A DNA stretch of 11,396 nt from an uncultured Oscillospiraceae bacterium (GTDB lineage Bacteria > Bacillota > Clostridia > Saccharofermentanales > UBA5734): NCBI GenBank assembly GCA_964652975.1, contig CAZZCN010000084.1, positions 1-11,396 on the forward strand, given 5' to 3'. The notes beneath the pieces were generated by a model that searched no databases, had not been told where the DNA came from, and worked only from the letters and a program-made list of their open reading frames with translations. Each line of letters begins with the position of its first letter. Position 1 is the first letter of the stretch. Positions 6,891 through 11,396 of this stretch are shown in pieces. Both the position numbers and the translations under genes were made by a program.

Positions 6891-7712
6891 ATGTTAAGAT
6901 ATGAAAAAATCAAAAGCGTATCAGCCAATTCGATCACATATCCACCGGAAAGTACTTTTGGTCCAAGGATACAAACATTGGTCCAGCTGTTCTTTTTACA
7001 TAAAGGTGTTACAACAATCAATATTGATAGCGAAACTGTGAGCATGAAAGCCGGGGAGGCAATACTTCTCCTGCCAGACCATGTTGAATACTTTGTCTTT
7101 TCATCAAACTGTGAAACGGTGCATAGCTGGTTCCATATCGATTGTGTTAATTTGGAGGTTCTGTCGACTGTTCCATCCCAAGACAGGGTTATTACTATCA
7201 ATCAAACAATGCACGACATCATTCAAATCGCTTTGCGCGAAGAGATTATTGATAACAGTGAAAATCCCTTCCATATAAGCCTTTTAGCATCTGCGTTGAC
7301 ATTGGCTCTAGAATTAATGGAGAAGAATGAACATGCTAATTTTGATAATGTGCTGGTATCAGAAGTCAAAAAAATTGTTTACGAAAAATATCAAACCCAA
7401 CTGACACTTGAGGAAATTTCAAAATCTTTATCCTACTCGCAAGAACATATAATCAGAACTTTCAAGGCGAATACGAATATAACACCAATAAAATTTCTTT
7501 GGGACTATAGAAAAAAGGCAGCTATCTATCTGCTCGAAAACTCTGGGCTTGGCCTTTCCAACATATCAATGCAATGCGGTTTCGTGAGCTACTATCATTT
7601 CTGTAGACTAATAAAACAAGAGACGGGGCTGACACCGACTCAATTGAGAAAAGACACACTGATTCCAAAAGATAGAAATAGTAAAAACAATTTACCCAAA
7701 ATTCTGCCATGA
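6891..7712 (+). CDS. AraC/XylS-family transcriptional regulator with N-terminal cupin-like sensor domain (273 aa)
   Basis: The C-terminus carries the double HTH (...LTLEEISKSLSYSQEHIIRTFK...ISMQCGFVSYYHFCRLIKQETGLTPTQLRK). RBS AAGGAG lies about 8 nt upstream. Confidence 0.8.
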   Translation: MLRYEKIKSVSANSITYPPESTFGPRIQTLVQLFFLHKGVTTINIDSETVSMKAGEAILLLPDHVEYFVFSSNCETVHSWFHIDCVNLEVLSTVPSQDRVITINQTMHDIIQIALREEIIDNSENPFHISLLASALTLALELMEKNEHANFDNVLVSEVKKIVYEKYQTQLTLEEISKSLSYSQEHIIRTFKANTNITPIKFLWDYRKKAAIYLLENSGLGLSNISMQCGFVSYYHFCRLIKQETGLTPTQLRKDTLIPKDRNSKNNLPKILP

Positions 7713-7914
7713 AAATAATTCTATGTCTTATACTAATAAAAGAGCGCGAAAAAATTAAAAAATTCTAGAAAAACACCGAAATAATTTCAAAATATTGTGG
7801 TAAATTATATTTGTAAGATGTACAATATTCAAAGGATAAAGAGTGACAATAAGGTAGTGTAAAATATCCTATGAAAAACCAGTAAAAAAGCAACAAAAAG
7901 GGGAGGACGAGAAA

Positions 7915-10050
7915 ATGGGACCAGTATATATTGTAGGTGGTATTGTTTTATTTATTATTGCAGCATATCTTTTGATATTCAAGATATTCGGTCTGCGGAT
8001 AATTGGTTCCGACGAGGTTGGAGTCATTGAGAAATGGTGGAGCTTCAAAGGTTCACTTAAGAACTCGATTATTGCACTGAACGGCGAGGCGGGTTATACA
8101 CCTGACCTTTTGCGCGGAGGTATTCATTTCCGTTCTGTTCTAATGTATAAGATTCACAGGTATCCGTTGATAACGATTCCTCAAGGGCAGATTGCATATG
8201 TTTTTGCAAGAGACGGTAAGCCGCTGACTCCGATTCAGACGCTCGGTAAAGTGGTTGCCGAGGCAGTGAACTTTCAGGATGTACGCGGGTTTTTGACCAA
8301 TGGCGGACAACGTGGACCACAGAGAGGTATTTTGAGAGAAGGTACTTACGCAATCAATCTTGCACAGTTCATTGTTATTACTCCGGACAGTATCAAGAGC
8401 ATCGCCGGAACAAGAGAAGAACTTGCAATTATAAGCAGCATGCAGGAGACACTGCGTGCCCGTTACGCTTTCAGCCCTATTATAATAATGAGCAACACTG
8501 CCGAGCAGAGCGATATGATGGGTATTGTGACTGTTCATGACGGCACAACACTGCCACAAGGAGAGATTATAGCTCCTGATATGGGCGGAGATCACTCAAG
8601 CTTCCAGGATACCGAGAAATTTCTGGACCTAGGTGGCTTCAGAGGTAAACAGCTTCCGGTACTTACCGATGGTACATATTATATCAACCGTCTTTTTGCT
8701 ACAGTAGAGTTTCGTCCGAAGACAGTCGTTCCTATCGGATTTGTCGGAGTGGTTGTTTCGTTTTTTGGTGAAGAGGGAGTCGATACCACTGGTGACGACT
8801 ATAAACATGGTGAGCTTGTTGAGAAAGGCTGCAAAGGAGTTCAAGCAAAGCCTTTGATGCCAGGCAAATACGCTTTTAACACGGATGCCGGAAAGGTTGT
8901 TTTGGTTCCTACGACAAATATTATTTTAAAATGGAACAAGAACGAAACAGGCTCACATAAATACGACGAAAATCTCACTGAAGTAGATATAATCACCAAG
9001 GACGCATTCGAGCCAGCATTGCCGCTTTCCGTTGTAATGCATATCGACTACAAGCAGGCCCCATGGGTTATCCAGAGATTCGGTGATATAGGAATGCTCG
9101 TCAACCAATCACTTGATCCACTTGTAAGTGCATATTTCAAGGACGTTGCACAGACGAAAACACTCATACAGCTAATCCAGGAGCGTAGTGAAATCCGTGA
9201 GCGCGCGGTTGGTGAGATGAAACTGAAATTCGCCAAGTATAACCTGGAACTGGAGGAAGTCCTTATCGGTACTCCAAGATCCGAAACAGGAGATATCCAG
9301 ATAGAGAACATTCTAACTCAGCTGAGAGACCGTCAGATAGCCGAAGAGAAGAAAGTCACTTATCAAAAGCAGCAATCCGCCGCAGAAAGCGAGAAATCTC
9401 TGCGTGAAGCAGAAGCCGTCGCCCAGCAGCAGACACATCTTACAAACTCCAAAATTCAAATAGAAGTCGAGGCCAACAATGGTGCGGCTCTTGCACGTAA
9501 AGCAGAGCAGGAGGCAGGACAGATCATCGCCCTCGCCAAGGCAAATGCACAGAGAGTTACCATGGAAGGTGAAGCTCAGGGTTCTAAGGAAAAGTCGATC
9601 GGACTAGCTCGCGCAACCGCAATCGATGCACAGGTAAAAGCTTATGGTGGTTCACAATACCGTCTTATTCAAGAAGTTGTTGAGAAATTGTCCGATGCAA
9701 TCAAATCAGCTAATGTTGACATAGTACCTAAAACAGTTGTTAACATGGGTGGTCAGAATGATGCCGGCGGATCAAGTCCTAGCATAATGGACACTCTGCT
9801 AAAATTTATTACTATTGAGAAACTAGGGGTAGACCTGCAAGGTACCGCTATTTCTAAAGACAAGAAATCAACAGATTCAAAAGACGCAGGAATACCTGTA
9901 GTGAAAGCAGCAGATAAGTCTGCTGAAAAAGCCATGGATAAATCGACCGATATGGAAGCATCTAAGACAGTTGAAAACAAGACAGCAGATAAAGTAGAAA
10001 AAGCACCAGAAAATCCGATAGATAAAATCCCAGGAGACACAAAAAAATAG
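7915..10050 (+). CDS. Flotillin-like SPFH/band-7 membrane protein with extended low-complexity C-terminal tail (711 aa)
   Basis: The N-terminus has a hydrophobic hairpin (IVGGIVLFIIAAYLLIF). It is followed by an SPFH-like domain and a long Ala/Glu/Gln-rich coiled-coil (AEQEAGQIIALAKANAQR...) typical of FloT/YqiK-type flotillins. Strong RBS AAGGGGAGGA. Confidence 0.7.
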   Translation: MGPVYIVGGIVLFIIAAYLLIFKIFGLRIIGSDEVGVIEKWWSFKGSLKNSIIALNGEAGYTPDLLRGGIHFRSVLMYKIHRYPLITIPQGQIAYVFARDGKPLTPIQTLGKVVAEAVNFQDVRGFLTNGGQRGPQRGILREGTYAINLAQFIVITPDSIKSIAGTREELAIISSMQETLRARYAFSPIIIMSNTAEQSDMMGIVTVHDGTTLPQGEIIAPDMGGDHSSFQDTEKFLDLGGFRGKQLPVLTDGTYYINRLFATVEFRPKTVVPIGFVGVVVSFFGEEGVDTTGDDYKHGELVEKGCKGVQAKPLMPGKYAFNTDAGKVVLVPTTNIILKWNKNETGSHKYDENLTEVDIITKDAFEPALPLSVVMHIDYKQAPWVIQRFGDIGMLVNQSLDPLVSAYFKDVAQTKTLIQLIQERSEIRERAVGEMKLKFAKYNLELEEVLIGTPRSETGDIQIENILTQLRDRQIAEEKKVTYQKQQSAAESEKSLREAEAVAQQQTHLTNSKIQIEVEANNGAALARKAEQEAGQIIALAKANAQRVTMEGEAQGSKEKSIGLARATAIDAQVKAYGGSQYRLIQEVVEKLSDAIKSANVDIVPKTVVNMGGQNDAGGSSPSIMDTLLKFITIEKLGVDLQGTAISKDKKSTDSKDAGIPVVKAADKSAEKAMDKSTDMEASKTVENKTADKVEKAPENPIDKIPGDTKK

Positions 10051-10064
10051 AATCTAGAATATAT

Positions 10065-10101
10065 AAAATGCCTGCTGTCAACCAGTGGGCATTTTATGTT
10101 T
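10065..10101 (+). terminator. Intrinsic terminator after the flotillin gene
   Basis: AAAATGCC-tgctgtcaaccagtg-GGCATTTT stem (8 perfect bp plus an inner extension), followed by a T-rich stretch. Confidence 0.5.
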
Positions 10102-10272
10102 AATCAGCCAAATGGCAATACACAGAGAATATATATAAAAATAACGGAAAATAAAACGAAGGCAAAAGATAAAGTAATTAATGACATTTCAGACGTAAAC
10201 AGATAAAAGCAGAAAAGCTTGTAAATTAAACACACGCATATTCAATAAATATTTTATACGGAGGAACTTTAA

Positions 10273-11019
10273 ATGCTCAGGGATTTCAGCAAGGAAGAAT
10301 TTGACATTATTCTACAGGCAGGACAGTCAAACAGCGAAGGGTGCGGATTGGGGAAAGCGACGCAGCCGTTTGTACAGAGAGAGGACATTTTGTATTTCAA
10401 TAATGACTTCACAATAAGCATGGCTCAAGAGAGGGTCTGGGCAAATGATGTTGTAGCAGAATTTTCGCTGTCATTTTGCACCAGATACATAGAAGACAAC
10501 AGATTACAGAGCGGACGCAAACTGCTGGTTGTAAGAGCTGCTATCGGTGGAACAGGGTTTTTGGACAACAGATGGGGCATGAACGATGATCTCTTTCTAC
10601 GAATGATGGAAATGACTAAAACGGCGCTAGAACTTAATCCGAAGAACAAACTGGTTGCCTTTCTGTGGCACCAGGGTGAGACTGATGCATGCCTTAATGC
10701 AGACAAAGCGACTCATTTCAAAAATCTTTCGACCTTGATCAATGCGGTTAAAACTAAATTCAATAGCCCAAATCTTCCATTTATAGCAGGAGATTTTGTC
10801 AAACACTGGAAAATGGATAATATCGGAATTTGTACACCTGTAATTGACGCAATGAAGGAAGTTTGTGAAACTATCGGAAATGCCAAATTTGTGTATACAG
10901 ACGATCTGCAATCGAACGACCAGGTTTTACATAATGAGGATACAATACATTTTTGCAGAGAATCGATAAATGAACTGGGACTCAAGTATTACAAGGCATA
11001 TACAGAAATTATCAGCTAG
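10273..11019 (+). CDS. SGNH-hydrolase / sialate-O-acetylesterase-like (SASA, DUF303) carbohydrate esterase, no signal peptide (248 aa)
   Basis: Contains the block I nucleophile motif AGQSNSEG (GQSN). It also has block II AAIGGTGF, WHQGETD, and a C-terminal DTIH (DxxH catalytic dyad). RBS GGAGGA lies 8 nt upstream. Confidence 0.75.
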   Translation: MLRDFSKEEFDIILQAGQSNSEGCGLGKATQPFVQREDILYFNNDFTISMAQERVWANDVVAEFSLSFCTRYIEDNRLQSGRKLLVVRAAIGGTGFLDNRWGMNDDLFLRMMEMTKTALELNPKNKLVAFLWHQGETDACLNADKATHFKNLSTLINAVKTKFNSPNLPFIAGDFVKHWKMDNIGICTPVIDAMKEVCETIGNAKFVYTDDLQSNDQVLHNEDTIHFCRESINELGLKYYKAYTEIIS

Positions 11020-11100
11020 ACATATAGGTGAAAAGTAAAAGTGAGATAAAACTAATATTATGCAGCAAAGCGACAGAACAGATTAATATAAATACCGATA

Positions 11101-11140
11101 AAAAATGACACTGAATAGAAATACTCAGTGTCATTTTGAT
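11101..11140. terminator. Bidirectional intrinsic terminator with a 13-bp perfect stem, AAAATGACACTGA / TCAGTGTCATTTT
   Basis: A T-run follows on the plus strand (TTTTGATTG). On the minus strand five T's follow the stem. Confidence 0.6.
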
Positions 11141-11237
11141 TGTCGAAACAGTAATATTAGTGGACTATTATTCGTTTTCAGTAAAATTCATAGTTATTCA
11201 TATATTTATAAAAGAACTATTTCAAAAAACTATGCAT

Positions 11238-11396
11238 TCACTGCTGCTTTTTACTTTGAGCTGCATAAGAAGCCTTTAATAATATCTTATCAGGCAGGAA
11301 TTTTGTGAAAAACCTTGCAAGCTTCATTGTAATACCCGGAACAATTATCATCTTCCGCTTAAACATCATTTTTACTGCATATTCAGCAACAAATTT
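11238..11396 (-). CDS. 3' end of a CDS running off the window (C-terminal 52 aa: ...KFVAEYAVKMMFKRKMIIVPGITMKLARFFTKFLPDKILLKASYAAQSKKQQ*)
   Basis: An open minus-strand frame from the window edge to a TGA at 11240..11238, followed 100 nt later by the terminator at 11101..11140. The product was not identified. The tail loosely resembles membrane-anchored SDR-type C-termini. Confidence 0.3.
   Translation of the reverse strand, partial: KFVAEYAVKMMFKRKMIIVPGITMKLARFFTKFLPDKILLKASYAAQSKKQQ

Noticed and set aside
6758-7201. 147-aa minus-strand ORF overlapping the araC start and its promoter region
   Set aside because: It overlaps a strongly supported AraC CDS with a good RBS on the other strand. 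It has no RBS and no recognisable domain.
8069-10040. Several 70-150-aa minus-strand ORFs and one plus-strand ORF inside the flotillin gene, and similar ones inside fic, the URO-D-like gene and the SGNH esterase (4155..4358, 5946..6149, 6206..6430, 10425..10985)
   Set aside because: These are antisense or overlapping frames within genes that have clear domain signatures. They are typical six-frame noise.

Overview
Low-GC, Firmicutes/Clostridia-like DNA containing seven complete protein genes, one partial CDS and two tRNAs. From the left, all on the minus strand: tRNA-Ser(GCT) at 5..95 and tRNA-Ser(TGA) at 305..395, both 91-nt type II tRNAs. Between them sit two 24-nt tRNA-3'-end-like minihelices that end in CCA. 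Each minihelix, and the tRNA-Ser(TGA) gene, is abutted by a perfect 11-12-bp hairpin, which I have not seen described elsewhere. Next comes a chromosomal-type partition locus: spo0J/parB (534..1472) and soj/parA (1768..2544), separated by an unusual 295-bp gap. Upstream of parA is a 1.4-kb ORF-free, AT-rich stretch (2545..3954). It carries three identical canonical parS 16-mers (TGTTTCACGTGAAACA) spaced exactly 103 bp apart inside a tandem duplication. A fourth identical parS sits at the centre of a 36-bp perfect palindrome. A half-site lies in the parA promoter region. There is also a block of four 20-21-bp iteron-like direct repeats with the core GTTGAG(T/C)AA. Next is a stand-alone class II Fic protein (3955..4746, start re-called) with an HPFADGNGRVGR active site and an N-terminal SxxxEN inhibitory motif. 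After it comes a 650-bp strand-asymmetric, A-rich spacer containing one perfect DnaA box. Then follow a URO-D/MtaA-like protein (5411..6499, minus) transcribed divergently from an AraC-family regulator (6891..7712, plus), a 711-aa flotillin/SPFH protein with a long K/D/E-rich tail (7915..10050), an SGNH/SASA-type esterase (10273..11019), a 13-bp-stem bidirectional terminator, and the 3' end of a minus-strand CDS running off the window. No integrase, transposase, CRISPR array or Rep gene is visible. Most of the many short overlapping or antisense ORFs in the six-frame track are judged spurious.
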